Shown piece by piece: positions 1 through 10,426 of a DNA stretch of 64,000 bases (positions are counted from its first letter, which is position 1; each line of letters begins with the position of its first letter). A program made the position numbers and the translations under genes. Origin of the DNA: an uncultured delta proteobacterium (GTDB lineage Bacteria > Desulfobacterota > Binatia > UBA9968); contig CAWDPO010000023.1 of assembly GCA_963804165.1 (NCBI GenBank), positions 32,001-96,000 on the forward strand, in the 5' to 3' direction. The notes beneath the pieces are model-generated. The model searched no databases. It saw only the letters and a list, made by a program, of their open reading frames with translations, and was not told where the DNA came from.

Positions 1-673
1 TGATGTAATCGCTACCAATCCTGAACGATTTAACCACATGACCATCGTCAATGGCACACTGAATCAAATCGGGGAGCTCCTTTTCGCCACGGTTCTGGTT
101 GATCGGCGTTAGGTCCAAATATTCAAAAATTCCGGCGCGGAAAAGGCAGTTACCAGTCCCGCGCATATTGTTGGGGGGATTACGTGGCTTCTCGATCAGA
201 CGGTAAATCCGTTGTTCTTTATCATCCTGGATTATCGCGTAGGTCTTGCGGATCTCGTTGGTATCGGGCTCATGGACTACGCCACAGCTAACAAAAAGGT
301 CCTCAGAATAGAACTGGTCGATCATCTCTTGATGGCGCGGACTACGTAAGATTTCGTCGGCCAAGAACAACATGAAATCCGAATCCCCAATCGCGTCCCG
401 AGCACATTCGATGGCATGAACCAATCCTTTCGCGTCGTGCTGAATAACGTATTTGATTCGTACGTTTTGGAAGCGATTACCAAAGCCGTTGATAATCTCC
501 TCGGCTCGGTAGCCCACCACCATCACGATCGCGGAGACCCCTGCACGTACGGCATTTTCCAAACTATACTGCACTAAAGGCTTACCGAAGAGTTGCAGCA
601 TGCATTTATTGTGATTATTGGAACTTCCGCTCAGCCTTTTGCCGCTGCCCCCAGCAAGGATCAAAGCCTTCAT
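1..673 (-). CDS. Sugar-phosphate nucleotidyltransferase (RmlA/GlmU-like NTP transferase family), 3' end runs off the window
   Basis: Manual translation from ATG at 673: MKALILAGGSGKRL...NKCML...GKPLV...LIEKP, the NTP-transferase signature. Not in the ORF track because it has no stop inside the window. Confidence 0.9.
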   Translation of the reverse strand, partial: MKALILAGGSGKRLSGSSNNHNKCMLQLFGKPLVQYSLENAVRAGVSAIVMVVGYRAEEIINGFGNRFQNVRIKYVIQHDAKGLVHAIECARDAIGDSDFMLFLADEILRSPRHQEMIDQFYSEDLFVSCGVVHEPDTNEIRKTYAIIQDDKEQRIYRLIEKPRNPPNNMRGTGNCLFRAGIFEYLDLTPINQNRGEKELPDLIQCAIDDGHVVKSFRIGSDYI

Positions 674-712
674 ACGGTTTCTCCCAAAAGTACGATCACT
701 GCCGTGCAAACA

Positions 713-1741
713 TTAAGCGTGAAAAAGCGCAAGGTTGTCTCGGATCCATTGGATCAGAAGAGAGACCCCCTCCTGGGGCGGCACTTCGGCCTGCCATCCT
801 AATCCGTCCTGCGCCTTTTTCGTGTCACAGACAAAATAATTCAAATCGCCCAACCGGGCCGCGGCGAACTTTACATCAGAGGCGATTCCCGTAATGTCTT
901 CGATCAGCCGAATACATTCGAGCAATGAAATAGCGTGCATCGGACCGCCGCCGATGTTGTAACTGCCGGCCTCGCCCTGGCGATAGAAGGCAAAGAAGGC
1001 CCTAGCAACATCTGTTGCATAAACAATATCGCGAACCTGTTTGCCCGAGCCATAAATCATCAACGGTCGGCGCAAGAGATTTCTTATGCTAAAATTTGCG
1101 ACCCATCCATGGTCTTCCCCACCGAATTGTCGCGGTCCATAAAGCCCGCTGAGCCGAAAACTGGCAGCTCTCAGATTATAGGTGTCCGCATAGATTTTAA
1201 CGTAATTTTCTGCCGACGCTTTGGATGCATGAAGCGGCGTCAAGCGGCCCCGCATTGTGGGGGCGTTCTCATCCACCGACGGAGGATTTCGGACATACCG
1301 TGTATCGGTTTCCCGAAGAGAACTGTTAATCCAATTTCCATAGACATGAATCGTGGCGCAGCTCACAACCGGGATCGAATGCTTTCTGGCCGCCTCGAGG
1401 ACATGCACCGTTCCCAAAACATTAGTCTTTAAATCAAACAACGGCTCCTCGATGCTAATAGTGACCGCCGGCTGTGCAGCGGTATGAACGATAAAGTCGC
1501 ACCCTGAGGAACAATCCAGAATCTGCTCCAGGTCACGGATGTCGCCAATCACCCTTTCCACGCCCAGCTCGCCGAGCCAATTCCAATTGTAATCCCGCGC
1601 GGCGTCCGCACGATAACCCGTCCGGTCCAGTTCGAACTTCGTCATGTTGTCGTAGGCGATAACGGCCCAACCTTGCCGGCAAAAAAACTCGCACGCGTGA
1701 ACGCCAATAAAACCACATCCGCCCGTAACCAGAACTTTCAT
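713..1741 (-). CDS. NAD-dependent epimerase/dehydratase, CDP-paratose 2-epimerase (RfbE/Tyv)-like
   Basis: GGCGFIG Rossmann motif and RQFGGEDHGWVANF, resembling RfbE QF...DQGWV. The YxxxK motif is altered to HASK. Confidence 0.8.
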   Translation of the reverse strand: MKVLVTGGCGFIGVHACEFFCRQGWAVIAYDNMTKFELDRTGYRADAARDYNWNWLGELGVERVIGDIRDLEQILDCSSGCDFIVHTAAQPAVTISIEEPLFDLKTNVLGTVHVLEAARKHSIPVVSCATIHVYGNWINSSLRETDTRYVRNPPSVDENAPTMRGRLTPLHASKASAENYVKIYADTYNLRAASFRLSGLYGPRQFGGEDHGWVANFSIRNLLRRPLMIYGSGKQVRDIVYATDVARAFFAFYRQGEAGSYNIGGGPMHAISLLECIRLIEDITGIASDVKFAAARLGDLNYFVCDTKKAQDGLGWQAEVPPQEGVSLLIQWIRDNLALFHA

Positions 1742-1959
1742 TCTAACCCCTTACAATCATCGTCAGCTTCTTTCACTTTCAAAATCGAATCCTTTCTTTT
1801 GAAAAACGAAAATAACGAAAAACCCCTGTGTCGCTTAGCTGGCAACAAACGAGTTCATCGGTGTCATGAAATCGCGGCTCAGCCCACAGCTCGTGCTCTG
1901 ATTTGCGCACCAGTTTCTTAGCCATCCGTTCTTTATCTACAGGATAGGGCAGCACGGCA

Positions 1960-2200
1960 ACGTTGCCCATGAGAATGTAATCGGGTGATCGGGAGAGAAC
2001 GTACTTACCATCGCCTTTTCATGACCAGCCCGACCTGGGTTGGCGGTAAACTCGGGACCATCATGGGAACGGATGTAATCCGGCGTCCCCCATGGATAAA
2101 TAGATCGGTCAGACAGGTCAATACCTCTTCCGAAGTCAGAAGCCGTGCTACCTCGGAGGTCAGGCAATCTCGACTGTACAAAAGCCAGCCCAGATATCCA
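1960..2200 (-). mobile_element. Degenerate IS3-family transposase (integrase core) remnant
   Basis: Across frames: EVARLLTSEEVLTCLTDLFI / GTPDYIRSHDGPEFTA, matching the IS3 rve motif PxxIRSDNGxEF. Fragmentary. Confidence 0.7.
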
Positions 2201-2212
2201 AAGCTTTACCTT

Positions 2213-2303
2213 TTGCGCGACGTGAAACCAGGTCACCCCTGGAGTCTTAGACCCCCCGGTCATCGGGAGTTCCAGCCAGGCTCGCCATTAATTCCCGCGG
2301 AGG
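2213..2303. repeat. Composite repeat A (2213-2240) + B (2238-2303); A recurs at 5480-5507 and B at 6381-6445
   Basis: A = ttgcgcgacgtgaaaccaggtcacccct, identical in both copies. B = cctggagtcttaga...ccattaattccc(g/t)cggagg, with about 4 differences over 65 bp. Confidence 0.9.
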
Positions 2304-5280
2304 CGATGTGGTATCCGCACCTTCTCTTTGACGATACTTCCAAAACAGTATGAGTGCGGCAAGCCACAAAGCCAGACCTCCGAAGGCGAGCCACAAGTAG
2401 CCGGTCAAGTGGGCTGGCCAGTAGCGAAAGGTGACTCGATATTTGCCCGGCCCATCGACAAGCACTGCTTTGAAGGCGTGATTTGCCGTCAGGTAAGGCA
2501 CTCGCTTACCGTTCATCGTGACTATAAAATCACCCGGTTCGTCTGTCTCTCCGAGATATACTACTCCCGGCCGCGGGAGCGTCGATCGTAAAGCCTGTTG
2601 AGTTATTCGTGAGAGAGTAGTCCCTCGCTTTCACTAAAGTGGCCGATTCCCCTGCGGGCTTGTCAACCAATTGCCGCAACCCCGCGTTAGTGTCGGCACT
2701 CCGCCGTGTTACCGCTACGAAAGGCTGTCCATCACCAGTTGAAATACGTTCTGCCAGTGACTGAACGTTGTCGTACAAAATGATCCGATCCGTGTAGAAC
2801 GCACGCGGCCACGCACTGCGGCGGGAATAGGCGTACACCGAACCGTCGTCATCGACGTATGTTGCACTGGTCGCTTCCCCTATCTTGGCAGACGACAAGA
2901 CGAAGCCGACACCCAAAACATCCAGCGCATTTTTATATGTCGCCAGGTCATGCCAATTTAAAACTATTTTCCAATTTGACTCATCATAAGGCAGCTTAAG
3001 CGCGCCGGTAAGCTCCCGGTAGGGCTTATTCCACATCCCATCGGGACCACTTATGTTTTCAAGGCCTAACGTTGCGTTGTATCCAGGAAAAAGAACGTTT
3101 CCTAAACCGACTATCCTCGTCGGTTCCTCGCGCAGTTTGGGTGTTAGCCTAACAACGAGTTCCGGTCGATACGTGAGGCTTATCCTCTCATGAGGATTGA
3201 ATACGAATCTATCCAGGCTATCGGTGTACATAGCGCCTCGTCCAAGCACCAACAGTATCGCTATCAGGCAGACGCCGATTCCCGCAAACGAGAGCTTCCC
3301 GTTAAGCAGCGAGATAATCAATCAAGCCGCGCACACCGCAGCCGGTAGCACTGCCAGCGAATATATAGTGAATTGCTTTAGCCTTAAGCCATCACTCTGA
3401 GCAAACGACAGCACAAAAAGAAAGACCAACGCCATCAACACCGAAACAACAATGGGATTGACACGGTTTTTTCGCTGCAGATCGATGCTGGCAAACCCAA
3501 TCCCGGCGAGGATGGAGACCGGAACGACTAGAATTGACGAAAATATGGTGTCCACGGAACGGATATTATTAACGTATGGAATAGCCAGTAACCACTTTGC
3601 TGGAGATCACGCCAAAGGCAATGGCGATTAGCATTCCGCATCCCAAGGTCAGCACGACCGCCGACCGCCGCGCTTTTGGACTTTCCAGGCGTGGGGTGCA
3701 AACAATGCCGTGCAAGAAGCCCACGAACAATAACGCATTCACCGCCGGGGAATAACTATCGGAATAACCATCGGTTCTTAGCAGGTAAAAGAAATTGTCG
3801 GCGAAACCAAGAAAAAACCAAAACGGGTACTGCCGTACGCCCGGGGAATCATAGTTAGAGATTCCGCTCCTCAGAGTATCTAAAAACGTACCCCACAGCG
3901 GAGCCGCGATCATCAAGAAACAAACACCACTCATGGCCAACAACCCCGACCAAGTTTTAAACTTTCCGCCGAAGCGTGATTTTTCTAGCATGAAATGGAG
4001 TATGCCAATCGCATTCAAAACAGCGATAGACATATAGGCATCTTTCGCCGTACCGCTGTTGATCACCAACCAGTTCGCCAGCATCAAGCCCGCAACCCAT
4101 CGCAGCCGAGACCTCTCGTCCTCGGCATAAATCACTTTCAGCCACGCCAATAAAATTAGCGGCGCATAGCAGAGTGTGAAAATCGTGGATGGTTGACCTG
4201 ATAAATAAAATAACCGATGAATGGAGCAATGATTGCCACCATCGCTGAAGGCGCGATGGCGCATGTGATCACTAAGACCGCTAGCCCTAACGCCAGTGCA
4301 AAAATGAACCGCAACAGCACAAACTTGATATCGAAGGTGCAAGCCTCGACTCCGACGAGCCACACCATCCAATTTAGCGGATCGCCCAACATCATCTGGC
4401 CCTGCCCAATCATCGTGGTACCCGCGGAGTTGTAGCGATTCCACAGCGGGAACTCGCCGAATTGCTTGATCGCCCGCTCCTGGGCAACCGTCAGCGGAAA
4501 GTGCTGCCACGCCATGGCTCCGGTATCTGCACCGTAAGTATCCTCCGTAGTGCTATCTGAGTAATTAGGCAGTGTTGGGTAGCGATCGTAAAAGAGCAGT
4601 CCTCCGGTATTCGGCGACATGAAAGACTTGCCTTGGAATACCACCGGGCTCGTGCTTACCAGCGTTCCGGTGATCGCCGCTAACCAGATGACCGCCGTCG
4701 GTTTTCGACACAATGCTAGGAAAATGGTGTTACTTTTAAGAGACCGAGGAGCGTAATAGAGGACAAGGACGACCGCCGTCCAGAACAACGTCCATCCGGC
4801 CAGTGAGAACGCGATTCCCCATCCCCGGCTTTGGCGTAGATCGATGGTGCTTTCGAGAGGAATCTCCAGAATCGGATCGTTCGCCCCCGGAGGCGTTTGT
4901 ATTTCCAATTCTCCATTGTGCACTATCATCGAAAGAATTTGATTCGCTGGCCGAATTTTAGCGGGAGGGATTACTAGGCGGACCGTTCCCTCTGCATCCA
5001 CGACTCGGAGATTACGTATCCCGAACGTTCCGGCGGTCTCGGCCGGATCCAATCGTAGCTTGCGGATTCGTGCCTTCGGGAGATCCAGCCGTATCTCCCT
5101 CCACGAGCTCTGTCTCGGTACAAATTGGCGACTGGAATCCTTAAATCCAGTCCTGACATCGAAAAACAGTTGTACAAAGGTGGGAGTATCCGATTGGTAA
5201 TCGAAAAGGAGCGCAGGGGCCGTCTTTGCATCGCGGTCAAACACCACAAATGTCATTCCCGCAAGCAAAAAGATCGTCAT
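2247..5280 (-). CDS. YfhO-like multi-pass membrane protein (putative GT-C glycosyltransferase), split over about 5 ORFs by frameshifts
   Basis: Consecutive pieces 4156-5280, 3569-4510, 3322-3555, 2530-3321 and 2247-2516 contain GEFPLWNRYNSAG, many TM segments, AWPRAF and ANHAFKAV...GKYRVTFRYWP, which are typical YfhO motifs. Confidence 0.7.
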
Positions 5281-5499
5281 CGCGCTGCCGGCGATGCTTA
5301 GAAATCGCTTTGCGGATCTCTTTCATTGGTAAACGTATGGCCCAGCACTGGTTGTCTCCCCCGCGACGACTTGGGGGAAGATTACGACGCAGTTTTTCCT
5401 ATGCATGGGATCGACTTCGTGGATCGCCCCCATGGCTTTAGCGACGAATTCAACCCGCAACGCGGACCGGTCTGTCAGCTTGCGCGACGTGAAACCAGG

Positions 5500-5605
5500 T
5501 CACCCCTTGATCATTCTATATGCGCGGGAATAACCATAGGCCTCTTGCTCGACTCCTGGGATCGCGGTGCTGTCGATATTTCGTTTCAGCGTTCCCAACG
5601 CAAGG
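5500..5605 (-). pseudogene. Orphan paralogous copy of the GT4 domain C-terminus
   Basis: LKRNIDSTAIPGVEQEAYGYSRAYRMIKG* versus LKRNISSMIIPGVEQEAYAYERAYR inside ORF 5606-7741. Confidence 0.75.
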
Positions 5606-7741
5606 TCAGCGCAACTTGCTAGACCAAACTTCATCTTGCCAATGCGGAACGAGTCCTTTTCGACCCCACTCACCATGCACAATTCTCTCAATAGTAAGAC
5701 CGTGCTTACCATAGAGGTCCCGCAGAAACCTCTCGTCGTACGCGATCGCCGCTTCGGGAACATGCAGATTGTCAACACGGCAGGTCTGAGGGTTCAACTC
5801 GTAAGCAAATTTCGGCGAAGTTAAGCCGGCCGCGATATTCTCACGCGACACTGCGTCCAATACAAAATAGGTGGCCAAGCAAACCCCACCGACCTTCAGG
5901 ACGCGGGCTATTTCTGCGATGTAGTTCTCCATGTCTTCCGGAACCATGTGAGTGAAAACAGAACCGACGAAGACGACATCAAACTCATTATTCGGAAATG
6001 GGAAGTTATAGTCCGATGCGTTAACTGCGCCTCCCGGATTGTATCTTTCGCTCCGGAGATCCGCAAAATGGAAGCGAAAATTCGCATACTTCTGATATCT
6101 CTCTTTGCACCAATTAATCACGTCCCTAGTAATGTCAATGCCGTCGTAACCCCCTTCGCTGTTCAGATACATGGTCAACGGCCTTGCCAGCTTGCCGCAA
6201 CCGCATCCTAGGTCCAAGATGCGATGCGACGGCAATATCAGGCTCTGTTGAAGGATCTCGTCTCCCATAGAGATAAACCGCTCTCTATCGATGCCTCCCG
6301 AGTGCTCCCTGATGAGTTCGTCCGGAGGGATTAACCCCAGGTGATTGACATTTATTTCAACCCTCGCCAAGCTTGTTCCTCCTGGAGTCTTAGATCCCCG
6401 GTCATCGCGAGTTCCAGCCAGGCTCGCCATTAATTCCCTCGGAGGACTTGGAACGGAACGAGATAAATTGCTCACGTTTGCAACCGCTTGCCGATACGAA
6501 CCGCGATCATTGCAGAGACTTCGATAGGCACGCTCATAGGCATAAGCTTCTTGTTCAACCCCCGGAATTATCATGCTACTAATATTGCGTTTCAGCGGAT
6601 TTAGTACCGTAGGATCATTTACAATAGCTTCGAGCACGGTTTGGAGGTGGCGCGAGTCTCCCATCTTGAAGAGAAAGCCATTAAAACCATCTTTAATTTT
6701 TTCCGCCATGCCGCCCAACTCTGTGGCGATAACGGGGATGTTACACGCTAGCGCCTCGTGTAAAGTCATGGGATAATTTTCGTAGCAGAGTGAAGGGACA
6801 ACGACAACATCGACATTACTGAGAACTTCGCCTGTCTGACTTTCCGGAAATACGCCGCAGAATTCAATGTTACTGTTTGTCGCTGCCATCGATATTAAGC
6901 TTTTAACATAGGACTCGTCCGGACCAGAGCCATAGATTTTGAGCAGAGCGTTACTGGGGTTTAATCGCTTGAAAGCCTCTATAATTACGTGTGTCCCCTT
7001 ATGAGGATTAAAGGAACCGGCGTAACCAAAGACTATGCGATCACCGTTTGCATAGGTCCTCTGATTCCTCTTCAACCTCTCAAAACTAAGACCGTGATGG
7101 ACGACTTTCACCGCCAGTCCGGGGAACTCCTGCATAAATGCGCCTGCCACAAACGCCGACGGAGCAATCAGCATCCGTGCGTTGGATAAAATGTTTTTTG
7201 CAGACGCGAGCCGTTGGTGGATGTAGTCGGATTTCAATTCAGGACAGAGTTTGCCGCAAGCGTCGCCCTGTTCGGGGCCGCTACATAGAGGCTGCCGGGA
7301 TGGGACGAGGTTCACTTTCGGGCAGGCCAAGAAAAAATCGGTGAGGGTTAAGATGTAAGGTATACCTAGGGGCTTTAACGCCTGGGCTAAAGCACCCACG
7401 CGCATAGTATGTGCTATATGAACAATGTCCGGTTGTTCCACATTGATCAGATCGTCGGCAATCTTAGCTAGGGCCGTGTTTCCTATTGCGTGATGGAGGT
7501 CATGGGGAAGCTGTTTGTGCTTGATGGCCAATACGGGTATCCCCTTATAAAGAAACTCTTTGCATAGTATTCCACCACGCCGCTGATCATAAAAAGAGTC
7601 CTCATAGAAACTGTAGGTGATAACTTTTACCCGGTTCCCCGCCTTTTGCATCATAGTTGATAGATTCAGGACGAACTTCTCCGTTCCGGTATAAAATTCA
7701 GGGTAGAATTGGTGGACGAGGTAAACGATCTTCATCCTCAT
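5606..7741 (-). CDS. GT4 glycosyltransferase fused to a class I SAM-dependent methyltransferase
   Basis: N-terminal GT-B domain (HKGTHV, VPSLCYENYPMTLHEALAC) and C-terminal ILDLGCGCG...YDGIDI...SVFTHM. The linker is encoded by repeat B. Confidence 0.88.
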   Translation of the reverse strand: MRMKIVYLVHQFYPEFYTGTEKFVLNLSTMMQKAGNRVKVITYSFYEDSFYDQRRGGILCKEFLYKGIPVLAIKHKQLPHDLHHAIGNTALAKIADDLINVEQPDIVHIAHTMRVGALAQALKPLGIPYILTLTDFFLACPKVNLVPSRQPLCSGPEQGDACGKLCPELKSDYIHQRLASAKNILSNARMLIAPSAFVAGAFMQEFPGLAVKVVHHGLSFERLKRNQRTYANGDRIVFGYAGSFNPHKGTHVIIEAFKRLNPSNALLKIYGSGPDESYVKSLISMAATNSNIEFCGVFPESQTGEVLSNVDVVVVPSLCYENYPMTLHEALACNIPVIATELGGMAEKIKDGFNGFLFKMGDSRHLQTVLEAIVNDPTVLNPLKRNISSMIIPGVEQEAYAYERAYRSLCNDRGSYRQAVANVSNLSRSVPSPPRELMASLAGTRDDRGSKTPGGTSLARVEINVNHLGLIPPDELIREHSGGIDRERFISMGDEILQQSLILPSHRILDLGCGCGKLARPLTMYLNSEGGYDGIDITRDVINWCKERYQKYANFRFHFADLRSERYNPGGAVNASDYNFPFPNNEFDVVFVGSVFTHMVPEDMENYIAEIARVLKVGGVCLATYFVLDAVSRENIAAGLTSPKFAYELNPQTCRVDNLHVPEAAIAYDERFLRDLYGKHGLTIERIVHGEWGRKGLVPHWQDEVWSSKLR

Positions 7742-9012
7742 ACACCTCTGCTCAACTCACCATGAATCTGTTCCAGCTTCCGCCTATCTCCGTCGTCGTT
7801 CCTTAGCCTGCATTGCGCCAACTTTGTGCCACATTGGTACGCAAACGTTTTATACAGAGACAGTCTAAAATCTGCCGCGATATGGTCATCCACGAGCTCA
7901 TACGAGTTTTCCATATATGCCAAGATCATCTTAGTAAAGTTCTGCACTGCTTCGCTCAGATCTCCATCACCGGGTCGCGCATCGCTGCTGGCCACGGGAT
8001 AGTCCTTAATTAAACGACCAAGGAAATCCTGGAATTCAATGTCTAAGAGATGGCCGTCAACCATTTGCGTCGAAATCAGAGACGGAGCCTTGGATGCGGC
8101 TTGGAATCTCTCTATGATCCTATTCGAAAACTCATTCGTCTTACACGGGAATTGGAGATCCCAGGTTCTTTCCTCGACCATTGATTTTATAACTTGATGA
8201 GTGAAGACAACATCAGGGATAACTCGCTCAAGGCTGTTTCCTACCGTCGGGTAATCCGAGAAGATTCGTGGTAAAAACACGTTCTCCACATATCCTCTCT
8301 TAAGATAATAATAGGCTCGCCTATTGTGAGAATGAATTATTCTCGTTGAACCCAGAAAGGCAATTTGGTATCCATCTTTTATAAGCCGAAGACCAAGATC
8401 CAAGTCCTCGCCATAATCGGTCTTGTATTTATAGTTAGTAAAAACGTCTTTCGATATAAGGCACGCGAGATCGGATAGTTGGCCGTTTTTTCTGAGCGTC
8501 ATGTGGTCTTCGCTGCCTGCATACCGCATTATCCTGTCTTCCCTGTCAACCTCAAGAAATCTGTAGTGATTCCATGTAATGGCTCTGTAAAACAGATCAG
8601 CGCTCTCCCACGGGAATTCGGCACACGACACCGCGACAACGTCGTTGCTTTTGATCACCCGGAAGAGCTCATAAAGCCATGAATCCGATGGAGGAAGGGC
8701 GTCTTGCACTGTGAACAGCAGGTATTCTCCTGAGGCATAGCTGGCGCCAAGATTCCTAGCATATGAATGAGAGAATTCCTCCGGCAGAATCTTTATGATT
8801 TTCGCTCCAAATTGTTCTGCGAGTTCGACTGTTTTGTCCGTACTACCGGAGTCGACGACAATAGTTTCTACCCTTCGGAATCCTTTTTGGTTTGCAATCG
8901 TTGCGAGAACTCGTCGAAAATCTTCACCGCCATTCTTTGTCGGAATCACAACTGAAACTGTCACTTCTTCTTTGGGGACATCGTCTCCTTCTATGACTGG
9001 TTTTATTACCAT
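7738..9012 (-). CDS. GT2 glycosyltransferase (rhamnosyltransferase-like)
   Basis: SVVIPTKNG, VVDSGSTD, FSHSYARN, VQDALP and GEDLDLG motifs. Confidence 0.88.
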   Translation of the reverse strand: MVIKPVIEGDDVPKEEVTVSVVIPTKNGGEDFRRVLATIANQKGFRRVETIVVDSGSTDKTVELAEQFGAKIIKILPEEFSHSYARNLGASYASGEYLLFTVQDALPPSDSWLYELFRVIKSNDVVAVSCAEFPWESADLFYRAITWNHYRFLEVDREDRIMRYAGSEDHMTLRKNGQLSDLACLISKDVFTNYKYKTDYGEDLDLGLRLIKDGYQIAFLGSTRIIHSHNRRAYYYLKRGYVENVFLPRIFSDYPTVGNSLERVIPDVVFTHQVIKSMVEERTWDLQFPCKTNEFSNRIIERFQAASKAPSLISTQMVDGHLLDIEFQDFLGRLIKDYPVASSDARPGDGDLSEAVQNFTKMILAYMENSYELVDDHIAADFRLSLYKTFAYQCGTKLAQCRLRNDDGDRRKLEQIHGELSRGV

Positions 9013-9052
9013 CGGCTCGACACTTAACGTCCTAAGGCTTTGAACCGCCCGG

Positions 9053-10426
9053 TTATTCTCGGCAGGAAGAAGAAGGGAAGTTTTCCCTACGAAATTTCCA
9101 GAAAGACTTGGCTATCTCCCTTCTCTTTGTTCCTTCCGGCAGAAATTTGTTGCGCAGCTGGTAATATACCGTCAAAGCTTTCCAGCCGTGGGAACTGTAA
9201 ATATGGCTTAGAGTGGCTTCGCGTTGTCGGCCTAGCGCTTCCAAGCTGGCAATACGGTCGTCCCTTTCATTCAGCTCCTGTCTGCTCGCCTCTGCCGCCA
9301 CGTGAGCCTGGGCCGCTAGAGCAGAATAGGCGGCCCGCTCTTTGATCAAAAACTGTTGACGTTCAGCTATTCGAAATTGCTGCTTTTGTACGTCTCTCTC
9401 CAGTGTGTCCTTCTCTAGCTGGAGCTTGGCAGCAAGACGATGACCTTCTGCTAGCGCGCTTCGCTGACCCTGCACCTCGGCAGACAATTGACGTATTTCT
9501 CCGGCGAGTCGTTCTTGTTCCGTCGCGTGGGCTGCTATCTGGCTATCTTTCGCGGCAGACAATTGACGTATTTCTCCGGCGAGTCGTTCTTGTTCCCTCA
9601 CGTGGGCTGCTATCTGGCTCTTTGGGCAACTGACTATCTGGCTGTCTTTCTGGTTGAGCAAGGCATCAGACACATCGACTAACGCGCTGCTTCTATCTTC
9701 AATGTCGCGCGCCGCGTCCGAGGCTATAGCGATGAAGTAAAGGGGAATCTTTTTGTCATTGTCGGCAAAAACGAACTCTTTCGCATTTTTGTCAACGACG
9801 TACTCGACAACTTTGGTATCTTCCCCAGCAAAGACCGGCCATATACTGGAGTTACAGTAGATACGCTGACCGAAAAATGTGACGTTCTTAAAATACTTCT
9901 CAAACAGTTCTCTGAACTCATCGAAATAGAGCTCGTGAACGTGAAACGGGTTATTGAATTGAGGCTCGTCACTGTACACCGTCTTGTTCGGCGTCGAAAC
10001 AATAAAAACTCCTTCGGGAGTAAGGAGTCTCTTCACCTCACTTAGAAGCTTTTGATGATCCTCAATGTGCTCTAACGCCTCAAAACAAATAGCGACGTCA
10101 AAAAGCCTTTCACCGTCGATAGGAATTTCTGTGATGGATCCGACTCTAAATTCTAGGTTTTGTTTGATGTATTTATTCCGAGCGTGCTTAATTGAATTGT
10201 TGTCGATATCGATCCCCGCTACGGATTTTGCGGTCTTGGCCAACAGATAACTCCCGTACCCTTCTCCGCAAGCAAGGTCTAATACTCTCTTGTTCTGCAC
10301 AAATTGCGTCGCATAGGCATAACGGTGGAGATGTTCATAACCGATCGATGCTTCTTCCAACCAGGGAAGATACCGCTCACCGGTCGGCTCCAATAACGGA
10401 GATGCTTTTTTTGGAGTCACTTCCAC
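9053..10426 (-). CDS. SAM-dependent methyltransferase with coiled-coil (WbdD/WsaE-like glycan terminator); possibly fused to the downstream GT2
   Basis: TGERYLP...EHLHRY...VLDLACGEGYG...NPFHVHEL, followed by a heptad-rich region and S-H-G-W. Confidence 0.85.
   Translation of the reverse strand: MEVTPKKASPLLEPTGERYLPWLEEASIGYEHLHRYAYATQFVQNKRVLDLACGEGYGSYLLAKTAKSVAGIDIDNNSIKHARNKYIKQNLEFRVGSITEIPIDGERLFDVAICFEALEHIEDHQKLLSEVKRLLTPEGVFIVSTPNKTVYSDEPQFNNPFHVHELYFDEFRELFEKYFKNVTFFGQRIYCNSSIWPVFAGEDTKVVEYVVDKNAKEFVFADNDKKIPLYFIAIASDAARDIEDRSSALVDVSDALLNQKDSQIVSCPKSQIAAHVREQERLAGEIRQLSAAKDSQIAAHATEQERLAGEIRQLSAEVQGQRSALAEGHRLAAKLQLEKDTLERDVQKQQFRIAERQQFLIKERAAYSALAAQAHVAAEASRQELNERDDRIASLEALGRQREATLSHIYSSHGWKALTVYYQLRNKFLPEGTKRREIAKSFWKFRRENFPSSSCRE
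9478..9649. repeat. 75-bp (25 aa) in-frame tandem repeat in the coiled coil
   Basis: cggcagacaattgacgtatttctccggcgagtcgttcttgttcc at 9478 and 9553. The protein repeats SQIAAHxxEQERLAGEIRQLSA twice, plus a partial KDSQI. Confidence 0.95.

Noticed and set aside
1779-1970. 63-aa ORF upstream of the epimerase
   Set aside because: No motif, and it is adjacent to decayed IS DNA.
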